In this document: piece after piece, positions 19,022 through 28,010 of the stretch
Position numbering within the stretch: position 1 is the first letter of the stretch
How the letters are laid out: each line of letters starts with the position of its first letter
DNA from: Candidatus Latescibacterota bacterium
GTDB lineage: Bacteria; Latescibacterota; UBA2968; GCA-2709665
Direction: 5' to 3'
DNA: 64,000 nucleotides
Assembly (NCBI GenBank): GCA_965222075.1
Contig: OZ244937.1
Span: 800,001-864,000, forward strand
Translations under genes and position numbers: made by a program
The notes under the pieces: generated by a model
Database searches by the model: none
Seen by the model: the letters and a program-made list of their open reading frames with translations, nothing else
What the model was told of the DNA's origin: nothing

Positions 19022-19091
19022 GCCCTTGATCCGAATCCTGCCCACCGCTTGCAGAAGACGCGAAGGTGGGTCGACAAAGGATTCGGATCAT
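19022..19091. repeat. Long hairpin repeat; shortened copy at 23282-23322
   Basis: TGATCCGAATCCT...AGGATTCGGATCA 13-bp arms with inner CCCACC/GGTGGG. Confidence 0.7.
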
Positions 19092-19182
19092 TATTCGGAT
19101 GGTTCGAAGCAAGAATACCAAGAGCGATTGACTTGTTGTTTCGTTGTTTCGCTGGTCGTTTCCAACATTAAGGAGGCTCGCT

Positions 19183-20721
19183 ATGTTTGGCAGTATTCGC
19201 AGGGTGTTGGTGTTACTGCTTGCAGGAAGCGTGATGTGGAGCTGCAGCGGTGAACGTGTGACGACGCCACAGGTAACGGATGCAGACCTGTCTGTCGGGG
19301 GGCCGCTGAGTAAGCCGGCTGTAAGCAGGGACCTGACAAAGGCTGTGGTGGTGGTGACGGTGCGGCAAGGTCAAGTGCCTGTGAGTGGTGCGACCGTAGA
19401 GTTCTCGCGTTCTGTTTCAGGACGGGCAGCGGATTATGCGTGGTCGGGCACAACCGGTGAGAATGGTCAGGCGCAGGTGGCGATTGGGGCGGATGATGTG
19501 AGTGGTTATTATCAGGCGCGCGCCATGCAGGACGGGAGCATGCTGGGTTCGTGGTCGAGTATTCCGATTAACGGTGGGTATGCGCTGGTGGTTGATTTGC
19601 CCGTTGGTGGGAAGGCACGCGTGATAGGTTCATCCGTTCTGCCATCGGACATTCCGGAACCAGAGGGTCTCAGTGGAGAGATTTCATTTGGCGTCGCCCT
19701 GCCCCTGACGGGTCCGGACAACATATACGGCCTGCCTGCGAGAGATGGCTTTGAACTCGCTCGCGAAGAGATCAACGGCTTATTGCAACTCAGCGGGATA
19801 GAGGCAAGCATCCAGTTCATTGTCGAGGATTCCCGAGGCACCCCGGAGGGGGGGATGGAAGCGTTCGGTAAACTGGTTCATCAAGGCGTGCCTGTGATCC
19901 TCGGTCCCGGCATCTCCACCGTGGCCACAGAGGCTTTCCCCATCGCGCAAGAAAATCAGGTCGTGGCTTTGAGTTCGACCTCAACCGCCACCGGCCTGAG
20001 TGCGATTGGCGATTTTATTTTCCGCGTTGGCCTCAACGTAGGTGTGCTTGTGCCCGGTAGCGTCCAGCAGACCCAGGAGAAGCTGGGCTATCAGAGGGTG
20101 GCTATGATGGCCGATACGATTGATGTCTATGCCAAGAGTCTTGACGAGGCGTTGAGGAACGCGCTCGCTGACAACAACGTCGAGATCGTGGCCAGAGAGA
20201 CTTTTGGGCCGAGCGATTCCATCTTTGCCGAGCAATTGAACCGGATAAAGGCACTGGGTCCGGATGCCATCTTTGTCTCAACTCTGGCAGCACAACAGCC
20301 TAAGATTCTGGTCCAGGCCAGCCAGCTTGACATTCCCTCCGAGGTTCCCTTTCTTATTCCGGAGCTGGCCATAGACCAAGTACAAGCTGCGGGTGATGCC
20401 GCCGAAGGCGCCATTACCTTTACGCACTGGGCCAGCACGGCTTCCACACCGGAGAATCAAGCCTTCGTTCAGAGATACACAGCGAAATACGGTGTTGAAC
20501 CGAGCGTCTGGGCCGCACTTTCGTATGCCGGTTTCCATATTATTGCGCAGGCGATCCTGGAGGCCCAGTCGGTGGATGCGAGCGCAATTAAAGATGCGAT
20601 GGCCGAGACCAGAGATTTGGACACGATTTTGGGCCGGTTCTCTTTTGACGCCGATGGAGACGCGGTTTACGACCCGATTGTACTGATCGTCCGGGACGGC
20701 AAATTCGAGGTTTTCGAGTGA
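19183..20721 (+). CDS. Lipoprotein: Ig-like module + branched-chain amino acid (LivK-type) substrate-binding domain, copy 1
   Basis: AAGGAGG RBS; lipobox-like WSC; beta-rich module; GVALPLTG, EDSRG, ILGP, DFIFR, GRFSFDADGD. Confidence 0.88.
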   Translation: MFGSIRRVLVLLLAGSVMWSCSGERVTTPQVTDADLSVGGPLSKPAVSRDLTKAVVVVTVRQGQVPVSGATVEFSRSVSGRAADYAWSGTTGENGQAQVAIGADDVSGYYQARAMQDGSMLGSWSSIPINGGYALVVDLPVGGKARVIGSSVLPSDIPEPEGLSGEISFGVALPLTGPDNIYGLPARDGFELAREEINGLLQLSGIEASIQFIVEDSRGTPEGGMEAFGKLVHQGVPVILGPGISTVATEAFPIAQENQVVALSSTSTATGLSAIGDFIFRVGLNVGVLVPGSVQQTQEKLGYQRVAMMADTIDVYAKSLDEALRNALADNNVEIVARETFGPSDSIFAEQLNRIKALGPDAIFVSTLAAQQPKILVQASQLDIPSEVPFLIPELAIDQVQAAGDAAEGAITFTHWASTASTPENQAFVQRYTAKYGVEPSVWAALSYAGFHIIAQAILEAQSVDASAIKDAMAETRDLDTILGRFSFDADGDAVYDPIVLIVRDGKFEVFE

Positions 20722-20747
20722 GTGCACGCAGTTCACATTAGCGCGGG

Positions 20748-20930
20748 ACTGCCTGCCGGCAGGCAGGCGTCTCGCTCACACGGAGATACGAAGGCACAAA
20801 GGTATGGTAATGCCCCCGGGAGCGCGGGCGTCTCGCCCGCCTGTCGGGATGATCGGGAAGGGTTAGCCGACTCCTGGGGTATTGAAACGGATAGGGGCGA
20901 TCTTGCAGGGGCGATCCTTGTGATCGCCCC
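20748..20930. repeat. Cluster of REP-like palindromes between the duplicated genes
   Basis: CTGCCTGCCGGCAGGCAGG (20749-20767), GGGAGCGCGGGCGTCTCGCCCGC, and GGGGTATTGAAACGG...GCAGGGGCGATCCTTGTGATCGCCC shared with 63618-63672. Confidence 0.75.
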
Positions 20931-21046
20931 TTTGGCTTGTCGGCGGGTATCCCCGTCCTGTGCAGGGTTTCTGTTGATCCGGAGGGCCAGATTTCGTAAA
21001 TTTCATATTGCATAGCCGGTTATTTCCAATATTAAGGAGATTCGCT

Positions 21047-22567
21047 ATGTCTGGCAGTATTCGCAGTGTGCTGGTGTTCCTGCTTGCGGGAGGCGTGACG
21101 TGGAGCTGCAGCGGTGAGCGCGCGACGACGCCACAGGTAATGGAGGCAGGCCTGTCTGCCCGGGGGCCGCTGAGTAAACCGGCTGTAAGCAGGGATGTGA
21201 CAAAGGCTGTGGTGGTGGCCAGGGTGCACCTGGAGCAGGTGCCTGTGAGTGGTGCGACCGTAGAGTTCTCGCGTTCTGTTTCAGGACGGGCAGCAGATTA
21301 TGCGTGGTCGGGCACAACCGATGAGAATGGTGAGGCGAGGGTGGAGATTGAGGGGGATGATGTGAGTGGTTATTATCAGGCGCGCGCCATGCAGGAGGGG
21401 AGCCTGCTGGGGATGTGGTCGAGTGTTCCGATTAACGGTGGGTATGCGTTGACGGTTGATTTGCCCGTTGGCGGGAAGGCGCGCGTGACGGGTTCATCCA
21501 TTCTGACATCAGAGGGTCTCTATGGAGAGATTCCGATTGGCGTCGTTTTGCCCCTGACAGGTTTACAACGCCAATACGGCCCGCCGATGAAAAATGGCTT
21601 TGAACTCGCTCTTGAAGAGATCAACAGATCATCGCAACTGGGCGGGGCAAGCATCCAGTTCATTTTCGAGGATTCCCGAGGCACCCCGGAGGGGGCGATT
21701 GAAGCGTTCAATAAACTGATTCATCAAGACGGCGTGCCTGTCATCCTCGGTCCCGCCATCTCCACCGCAGCCAAAGAGGCTTTCCCTATCGCGCAACAAC
21801 ATCAGGTCGTGGCTTTGAGTTCGACCTCAGCCGCCTCCGGCCTCAGTGCGATTGGCGATTTTATCTTCCGGGTTGGTCTCAGCGTAGATGTGCTTGTGCC
21901 CGGTAGCGTCAAGGTGACTCAGGAGAAGCTGGGCTATCAGAGGGTGGCTACGATGGTCGATCAGATTGATGTCTTTTCCCAGAGCCTTGACGAGAAGTTG
22001 AGGACAGCGCTCACTGAAAACGGCGTCAAGATTTTGGTTAGAGAGACTTTTGAAACGGGCGATACCACCTTTGCCGAGCAGTTGAACCGGATAAAGGCGT
22101 TGAATCCGGATGCTGTCTTTATCTCAGCTTTATCACGAGAAAGGATTGAGATTCTGATCCAGGGCCGCCGGCTTGGCATCCCCTCCGATGTTCCATTTAT
22201 TGTTCCATTAATGACCACAGACGAAATACAAGCTGCGGGTGATGCCGCCGAAGGCGCCATTACCTTTACGGGTTGGGCCAGTACGGCTTCTACACCGGGG
22301 AATCAAACCTTTGTTGAGAATTACAGAGCAAAATACGGTGTTGACCCGAACCGTTGGGCCGCGCAGTCGTATGCCGCTTTCCATATTCTTGCGGAGGCGA
22401 TCGCGAATGCCCAATCGACGGATGCGAGCGCGATTCGAGACGCGATGGCGGGTATCAGAGATTTGGATACGGTTTTGGGCCGGTTCTCTTTTGATGCGGA
22501 TGGGGACGCGGTTTACGACCCGATTGTACTGATCGTCAGGGACGGCAAATTCGAGGTTTTCGAGTGA
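21047..22567 (+). CDS. Lipoprotein: Ig-like module + LivK-type substrate-binding domain, copy 2
   Basis: Close paralog of 19183-20721, including RBS context and the C-terminus DAVYDPIVLIVRDGKFEVFE. Confidence 0.88.
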   Translation: MSGSIRSVLVFLLAGGVTWSCSGERATTPQVMEAGLSARGPLSKPAVSRDVTKAVVVARVHLEQVPVSGATVEFSRSVSGRAADYAWSGTTDENGEARVEIEGDDVSGYYQARAMQEGSLLGMWSSVPINGGYALTVDLPVGGKARVTGSSILTSEGLYGEIPIGVVLPLTGLQRQYGPPMKNGFELALEEINRSSQLGGASIQFIFEDSRGTPEGAIEAFNKLIHQDGVPVILGPAISTAAKEAFPIAQQHQVVALSSTSAASGLSAIGDFIFRVGLSVDVLVPGSVKVTQEKLGYQRVATMVDQIDVFSQSLDEKLRTALTENGVKILVRETFETGDTTFAEQLNRIKALNPDAVFISALSRERIEILIQGRRLGIPSDVPFIVPLMTTDEIQAAGDAAEGAITFTGWASTASTPGNQTFVENYRAKYGVDPNRWAAQSYAAFHILAEAIANAQSTDASAIRDAMAGIRDLDTVLGRFSFDADGDAVYDPIVLIVRDGKFEVFE

Positions 22568-22632
22568 GTGCGCGCACTTCGCATCTTTTGGAGGTCTATG
22601 CACTGGGAGATGATCTTTCCCGCCTGAAGCTT

Positions 22633-23019
22633 TTATCCGCCCATTTCCGCGATGCGCCGCGCCATCCACTCTACGTACGCTGTGCGGGTCATGCCGCGCC
22701 TTCGCGCCTCGCCGTCGATGAAGGCAGCGACGCCCTCGTCGAGCGTCATATGGGCGCGCACGCTCCGACCTGAGAGACGGATCAACGGAATGGACACAAG
22801 CGCCTGCCCGGCCGGGGGGTCCACCCGCTCCAGAGCGCTTGGCGGCGTGATCGCCTCGCCGTCCTTTTCCGCCTCAATCGCATAATCGCGAAGCGCTTCC
22901 TCAGCGTTCACCATTGCCTCGTCAATGGTTTTTCCCATGGCGACGATACCGGGAAGGTCGGGAAACGTAACGCCATAGGTGCCTTTTTCGCCATCAATCA
23001 GTGCGGGATACCGGGCCAT
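22633..23019 (-). CDS. hicB: HicB family antitoxin with C-terminal ribbon-helix-helix
   Basis: RYPALI...YGVTFPDLPG...GKTIDEA..NAEEAL; C-terminal VRAHMTLDEG...RRGMTRT; AGGAGG RBS. Confidence 0.9.
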   Translation of the reverse strand: MARYPALIDGEKGTYGVTFPDLPGIVAMGKTIDEAMVNAEEALRDYAIEAEKDGEAITPPSALERVDPPAGQALVSIPLIRLSGRSVRAHMTLDEGVAAFIDGEARRRGMTRTAYVEWMARRIAEMGG

Positions 23020-23043
23020 GCTTGGGTCCTCCTCCTGGGTCAA

Positions 23044-23199
23044 TTATTCTGGCCAGCCCGCCTTTTTCGCGATGGAGTGGGCAACGCCGGGAGATACCGT
23101 TTTGTGCCTGGGGAGGGTAATGATTCCCTTGATGTGCGGGTGCCGAAAGATGTCGTGACCGGAGCCGTGGCGCGCCAGATACCATCCGTCCTTTTCCAG
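23044..23199 (-). pseudogene. hicA: HicA toxin, N-terminally truncated
   Basis: LEKDGWYLARHGSGHDIFRHP...ITLPRH...VAHSIAKKAGW; the RBS is followed by CTG, no ATG/GTG, and the first helix residues are missing. Confidence 0.7.
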
Positions 23200-23213
23200 C
23201 CCGCGCCTCCTTT

Positions 23214-23249
23214 GTGCATATATATGCACCTTTTCGCAGAATATGTCAA
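23214..23249 (-). promoter_or_regulatory. hicAB promoter with operator palindrome
   Basis: TTGACA (23249-23244); perfect 16-bp palindrome GTGCATATATATGCAC (23214-23229) over the -10 region. Confidence 0.7.
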
Positions 23250-23370
23250 GCCTTTTCGTGCAAGAAAATGAACTTTTTTCAGCCCTTGCCATCCGAATCC
23301 TGTCCACCGCTTCTCGGATCATCTAATGTGATGGGAGGTTGCATGATCACCGTTTCTTGCCACCATTCCA

Positions 23371-23590
23371 TATCTTTTGCTTTTGGCCTTTTTCTTGTTC
23401 GCCCAAGAAAAAGGCCGAAAAAGAAGGGTAAGCAGGCGTTTCTGCCCTGCGGACCTTTTGGGCGTTTTTGTGCGATGGTGCTGGAGGGATCTGCGCGGAA
23501 AAGCCCCTTCCCCCCTCACCGTAAGGCACAGGCAGGCACCCGCGTTCCCGGGTGCTTTGATCCCCCAACCCGAAATTTTGAGACGGCTCT
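23371..23590 (+). mobile_element. MITE-like dispersed repeat, copy 1
   Basis: GGCCTTTTTCTTG..CAAGAAAAAGGCC...TCTGCCCTGCGGACC...GGATCTGCGCGGAAAAGCCCC shared with 54097-54478 and 63741-63985; right end GAAATTTTGAGACGGCTCT abuts the SDR stop codon. Confidence 0.8.
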
Positions 23591-24359
23591 AAAGCCTGCG
23601 CATGTGGAATCCGCCGTCGACCGGTATGGCCGCTCCGGTGGTAAAGTCGAAGTAGCCAAGGGCGATGGCGGCAACGGCCCTGCCGATGTCTTCGGGTTGG
23701 CCCCAGCGACGGTAGGGGACGAGGCCATCTGCGATGAGGCGGTCGTATTTTTCCCGTACAGGGCCGGTCATGTCGGTCCGGACGATGCCGGGCTGGATCT
23801 CGATCACCGGGATGCCGTATTCCGCCAGCCGGTCGGCGAAGAGACGGGTCATCATGTTGAGACCGGCCTTGGAGATGCAGTATTCCCCCCGTGAGGGAGA
23901 GGATGTGAAGGCGGAAATGGAGGAGATAACGACGATCCGGGGCGTTTCAACGATTCCCTTTTTCTGGAGTTCGATCATCCGGTTCGCCGCGTACTGTGTG
24001 AGAAAATAGGGGCCTTTCAGGTTGGTGGCCAGGACCTCGTCGTAGCTGTCCGGGGTCGCTTCCAAGAGGTCTGTGCGCACGCGGGGGGCGATACCGGCGT
24101 TGTTGACCAGGAGGTCGAGCCGGCCGAAGGTGTCTAAGGCTACGTTGACCAGGCGCGTTCCCTCCTGAGAGGAGGCGATGTCGGCCCGGCAGATTTCCGC
24201 CCGACGGCCCCGCTGCCGGACGCCATCGGCGGCCTCCTGGGCGGCTTTCCGGTTGCGGGTGTAGTTGATGAGGATGTCGTAGCCGGCCTGGGCCAGGCAG
24301 AAGGCGATGCCCCGGCCAATGCCCCGGCTGGAGCCTGTGACGAGCGCGACGGGGGTCAT
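23589..24359 (-). CDS. SDR oxidoreductase (3-ketoacyl-ACP reductase-like)
   Basis: [27 protein letters not shown]. Confidence 0.92.
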   Translation of the reverse strand: MTPVALVTGSSRGIGRGIAFCLAQAGYDILINYTRNRKAAQEAADGVRQRGRRAEICRADIASSQEGTRLVNVALDTFGRLDLLVNNAGIAPRVRTDLLEATPDSYDEVLATNLKGPYFLTQYAANRMIELQKKGIVETPRIVVISSISAFTSSPSRGEYCISKAGLNMMTRLFADRLAEYGIPVIEIQPGIVRTDMTGPVREKYDRLIADGLVPYRRWGQPEDIGRAVAAIALGYFDFTTGAAIPVDGGFHMRRL

Positions 24360-24585
24360 TGTTTTGGGAATTGTATACAATCGTGACTAAGGAAATAGGC
24401 CAGGGGGCGCGTACTCCTCTGGCCTATCGGCTAAACGTCCCCCAACGAGACGTTATCACTTGTTCAAATAGTCCCAATTTTCTTTTTTTTTGAGTGGCGT
24501 ATTAAGCAAGGCGGCCACCAAGGGACATAGACCTACCGGTTCCCTTACTTATGCTTTTTCCTTGCTATTTGAGCCTTCTTTTCGC

Positions 24586-24807
24586 TCATGGTTCTTGACC
24601 GACTGCATCCCTGCCATGATCTTGGCCAGACATAAAACCCTCAATGCGGGCTACACGCTCACCCAAACCGCCCAAACGTTCCTCTATGCGCCCCAAACGT
24701 TCCTCTATGCGGCCCAGGCGTTCCTCCATACGGCTTTGCATGCGCCAGATAAAGCCGATTATAGCGACTATTCCCGCTAAGTTGGCAGTTCCGATTCCCA
24801 GATCCAT
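24586..24807 (-). CDS. Small TM + coiled-coil protein, likely IS passenger
   Basis: Hydrophobic N-terminus, (GRIEERL)n heptads, ERVARIEG; plausible RBS (AAGGGGTGG). Confidence 0.6.
   Translation of the reverse strand: MDLGIGTANLAGIVAIIGFIWRMQSRMEERLGRIEERLGRIEERLGGLGERVARIEGFMSGQDHGRDAVGQEP
24671..24733. repeat. 3 x 21-nt tandem repeat
   Basis: CCCAAACGTTCCTCTATGCG(C/G) twice plus a degenerate third unit; encodes the heptads. Confidence 0.85.
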
Positions 24808-24961
24808 AACACCACCCCTTTAATCGCATGCACCAATTAACCTCTGTGTTGCTAACCGTATTCGTGTTCGGGTCATAGTCGCAACGATAGGTCACGCGTT
24901 GCCAGGCATCAAAGCCAATATAGCGAATCCTTACATAAAAGACAAGGACTTTTCTCTCTTT

Positions 24962-25340
24962 TTAATTGCAAAGCTGCCAATTCGCCAACTCCTTGTAGCA
25001 CAATCGCTTACCGACACCGATATATGTTTCATCCACCTCGGCGGGACCGGCGAAAGGGGCTTGCTTGTTGTTCCATGTCTCCCTGATCCGGTGGGCTAAG
25101 TGCCAGGCGGTCTTTTGGGTTATCCCCAGGTCACGGTGTAGCTTCAGACTGGAGACGCCTTTTATGCCGGTTGACATCAGATACGTTGCCAGTACCCAAA
25201 TCTGCGCCCCCAGGTTGTGTACGGACGGAGAAAAACTTACGGCAAGAACGGCAACGATACGACATAGACTTGTGCTTGACATCGAACTGAATATTCCAGT
25301 CATTGTAATGGGGGCACTTCACCCCATTCGGCCACCCCCA
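24962..25340 (-). pseudogene. IS1595 family transposase remnant
   Basis: WPNGVKCP...YRCRSCRKFFSVRT, frameshift, KGVSSLKLHRDLGITQKTAW...EVDETYIG joined directly to C-terminal VGKRLCYKEL. Confidence 0.88.
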
Positions 25341-25368
25341 AAATGATAACGCAAGAGGAGGTGGAAAG

Positions 25369-26145
25369 ATGGGCCAGACGAATAGCGAAACAGGCCGTGT
25401 GGTCGGGAAGGCTGCGATTGTGACCGGCGCGGGGTCGGGAATCGGCGAGGCCACGGCGGTGCTGCTGGCGCGGGAAGGCGCTTCTGTGGCGGTGGTCGAT
25501 ATCGATGGGGAAGCGGGGAAGCGGACGGTCGATCAGATTGAGCAGGCCGGAGGCAGGGCGATTTTTGTGGAGGCGGATGTGGCAAAGACCGGGGCGGTTA
25601 AGAAGATGATCGGGCAGGCCGAGGAGGCGTTTGGGCGGCTGGATATGATCCACAATAACGCGATATGGTACAGGATTGCTCCGGCCACCGAGTTGGACGA
25701 GGCGGAGTGGGACAGGATTTTGGCCGTTGGCCTGAAGGCGATCTATTTAAGCGGAAAGTACGGGATTCCGGTGATGCGCAAGACAGGGGGCGGGTGCATC
25801 GTTAATACGGGCTCTGTGCATTCACTGGTGGGGTTTGCGGAGCATACGGCCTACGACACGGTGAAGGCCGGGGTGCTGGGGCTAACGCGGGTGATGGCGA
25901 TCGATTACGGGCCGGATATCCGGGTGAATGCGGTGCTGCCGGGCGCAATTCTGACGCCGTTGTGGGACCGGATGGCGGTTTCGGAGGAGGACCGGAAGCT
26001 GTTCGCGGAGATGGTTCCGGCCAAACGCCTGGGGACCGGAGAAGACATCGCGCAGGCGGTCCTGTTTCTGGCGTCGGACGAGGCGTCGTTTATTACGGGA
26101 ACGTCGCTGGTGGTGGACGGCGGGTTGCTGGCGCGGACGATGTGA
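25369..26145 (+). CDS. SDR oxidoreductase
   Basis: TGAGSGIG, HNNA, YDTVK, VNAVLPG, GTSLVVDGG; GAGGAGG RBS. Confidence 0.93.
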   Translation: MGQTNSETGRVVGKAAIVTGAGSGIGEATAVLLAREGASVAVVDIDGEAGKRTVDQIEQAGGRAIFVEADVAKTGAVKKMIGQAEEAFGRLDMIHNNAIWYRIAPATELDEAEWDRILAVGLKAIYLSGKYGIPVMRKTGGGCIVNTGSVHSLVGFAEHTAYDTVKAGVLGLTRVMAIDYGPDIRVNAVLPGAILTPLWDRMAVSEEDRKLFAEMVPAKRLGTGEDIAQAVLFLASDEASFITGTSLVVDGGLLARTM

Positions 26146-26206
26146 GAAGGCCGGTCAGCCCGGGGCCGCGACCCGTGTGGGTTCACTGCGTGTGAGAAAG
26201 TGCAGC

Positions 26207-27955
26207 TCAAGCTTTTCCCGGCAAGCGGGTGCGGAGGTCCGCCCGCAGCCGCCCGGTTGCCTCCGCATCCACGTTCCACCCATCTTCCCGGATGAGGACG
26301 CCGTATTCCTGTTTCGCGGTTTCCCGGTCGTAGTATTCGCGCATCACGTCCTGCAGGACCCTTTCCGGAGGCCGGTCAAGAGGGTCTCCGTACCCGCCCC
26401 CTCCGGGTGTTTCCAGCCTCAGCAGATCGCCGGTCTGCATGTGTACGCCCTCGTCTTTGGTGATGTGGGGCGGGAGATAGTCCTGCCCCTGGAGGACGAA
26501 GGTGTGCCTGGCCGGTTTGGCGGATTTTCCGCCCAGGACGCCGAAGGGGGTGAACCGGCCCCGGTCGCCCAGGAGCGAGGCGCTGGCCTCGCCCCGGCGG
26601 ATCTGGAACTCGAAGATGACGCCGAACCCGCCGCGGCGCATGCCGGCCCCACCGGAGTTCTCCCGGATGGCGTAGCGGGTGAAGAGGACGGGATAGCGGG
26701 ATTCGAAGATTTCCAGGGCCTGGGTGCGGGCCAGGGCCAGGGTGGGATTGCCGTTGATCAGTCCGTCGGTGAGGTAGTTTCCGCCGTATCCCCCGCCGAT
26801 GAAGGAGTAGAAGACATAGTAGCCTTTCTCCGGGTCCTCCCCGCCAACAGAAAGGTTGGTTACCGTGCCCATGGGACCGGCGTAGCACTTTTCAGGGATG
26901 GCCTGGCCAAGGGCGCCCAGGACAACGTCGATCATGCGCTGGCAGACCTCGGCGGCGCAGCCGGACACGGGGCGCGGGTGCCGGGCGTTGAGGAAGGTGG
27001 TGGGAGGGAGGTTGAAGGTGAAGGGTTTGAAACAGCCGGCGTTGATGGGCACGTCGGGGAAGGTATGTTTGAAGGCGATGTAGACTCCGGCCTGGGTGGT
27101 GCTGAGGACGCTGTTGAGCGGTCCCCGGCAGGGGGGACTGCTTTTGGAGAGGTCGAGGTGCACATTGCTGCCTTTGATCTGCATCTCCAGGTGGATGGTG
27201 AGGGGCTTCCAGTCCACGCCGTCGCTGTCCATGTGTTCTTCAAAGACGTAGGTCCCATCCGGGATGGTCTCGATGTAGCTGCGCATCAGGCGTTCCGAGC
27301 GGGCCTTCAGTTCACCGATGGCGGCAAAGACGGTCTTATCACCGTAGCGATCCAAAAGACCGGTCAGGCGGTCGGCGCCCAGGTTGAGGGCGGTAACCTG
27401 TGCGATAATGTCGCCCTGCCGCTCCTCAGGCACCCGGATGTTGTGCAGGATGATGTCGAGCACCTCCCGGTTCAGCCTGCCCCGGTTGAAGAGGCGCAGC
27501 GGGGGCAGGCGCAGTCCCTCCTGGTAGATCTCGGTGGCTCTGGTGGAGAACCCACCGGGCACCCGCCCCCCGATGTCGGGCCAGTGCCCGCTGTTGGCCA
27601 GGAAGGCGGTGAGCTTTCCCTTGTAGAAGAAGGGCCTGACCATTTTGACGTCCATCAGGTGGGTGCCCCCCAGGTAGGGGTCGTTGATGATGTAGATGTC
27701 CCCCGGCGCAGGGTCCGGGATGCGATCGATGACCGACCGGACGGTGAACTCCATCACGTAGATGAAGTTGGGTAGCCCGCGAGGCCCCTGCATGATGACC
27801 TCTCCGTTCGTTTTGTCGTAGATGCCGCTGGCCCGGTCAAAGCCGTCGGAGATGACCGGCGAGAAGGCCATGCGTTCCAGCGTGGCGTCCATTTCATCGG
27901 CGACCTGTTCCAGGCTGCCGCGGATGACGGCCAGGGTGATGGGGTCGATTTCCAT
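26207..27955 (-). CDS. Hydantoinase B/oxoprolinase family protein
   Basis: AFSPVI, NDPYLGGTHLMD, HWPDIGG, EIYQEG, TPGGGGYGDP. Confidence 0.93.
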   Translation of the reverse strand: MEIDPITLAVIRGSLEQVADEMDATLERMAFSPVISDGFDRASGIYDKTNGEVIMQGPRGLPNFIYVMEFTVRSVIDRIPDPAPGDIYIINDPYLGGTHLMDVKMVRPFFYKGKLTAFLANSGHWPDIGGRVPGGFSTRATEIYQEGLRLPPLRLFNRGRLNREVLDIILHNIRVPEERQGDIIAQVTALNLGADRLTGLLDRYGDKTVFAAIGELKARSERLMRSYIETIPDGTYVFEEHMDSDGVDWKPLTIHLEMQIKGSNVHLDLSKSSPPCRGPLNSVLSTTQAGVYIAFKHTFPDVPINAGCFKPFTFNLPPTTFLNARHPRPVSGCAAEVCQRMIDVVLGALGQAIPEKCYAGPMGTVTNLSVGGEDPEKGYYVFYSFIGGGYGGNYLTDGLINGNPTLALARTQALEIFESRYPVLFTRYAIRENSGGAGMRRGGFGVIFEFQIRRGEASASLLGDRGRFTPFGVLGGKSAKPARHTFVLQGQDYLPPHITKDEGVHMQTGDLLRLETPGGGGYGDPLDRPPERVLQDVMREYYDRETAKQEYGVLIREDGWNVDAEATGRLRADLRTRLPGKA

Positions 27956-28010
27956 GTCGGGACCTGGTCGGGTGGACTGAAACGTTCACCGCAGGGGATT
28001 TCTTGATGTA

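Noticed and set aside
18504-19253. 249-aa ORF as a real gene
   Set aside because: It runs across IS remnants, palindromes and intergenic DNA and overlaps the SBP start out of frame.
20876-20930. ATTGAAAC motif like a CRISPR repeat end (also at 63623)
   Set aside because: Only two copies 43 kb apart, no spacers or periodicity, no cas genes; part of a dispersed repeat.
19183-22567. Diversity-generating retroelement behind the paralog pair
   Set aside because: Differences are spread gene-wide and not adenine-specific; no reverse transcriptase in the window.
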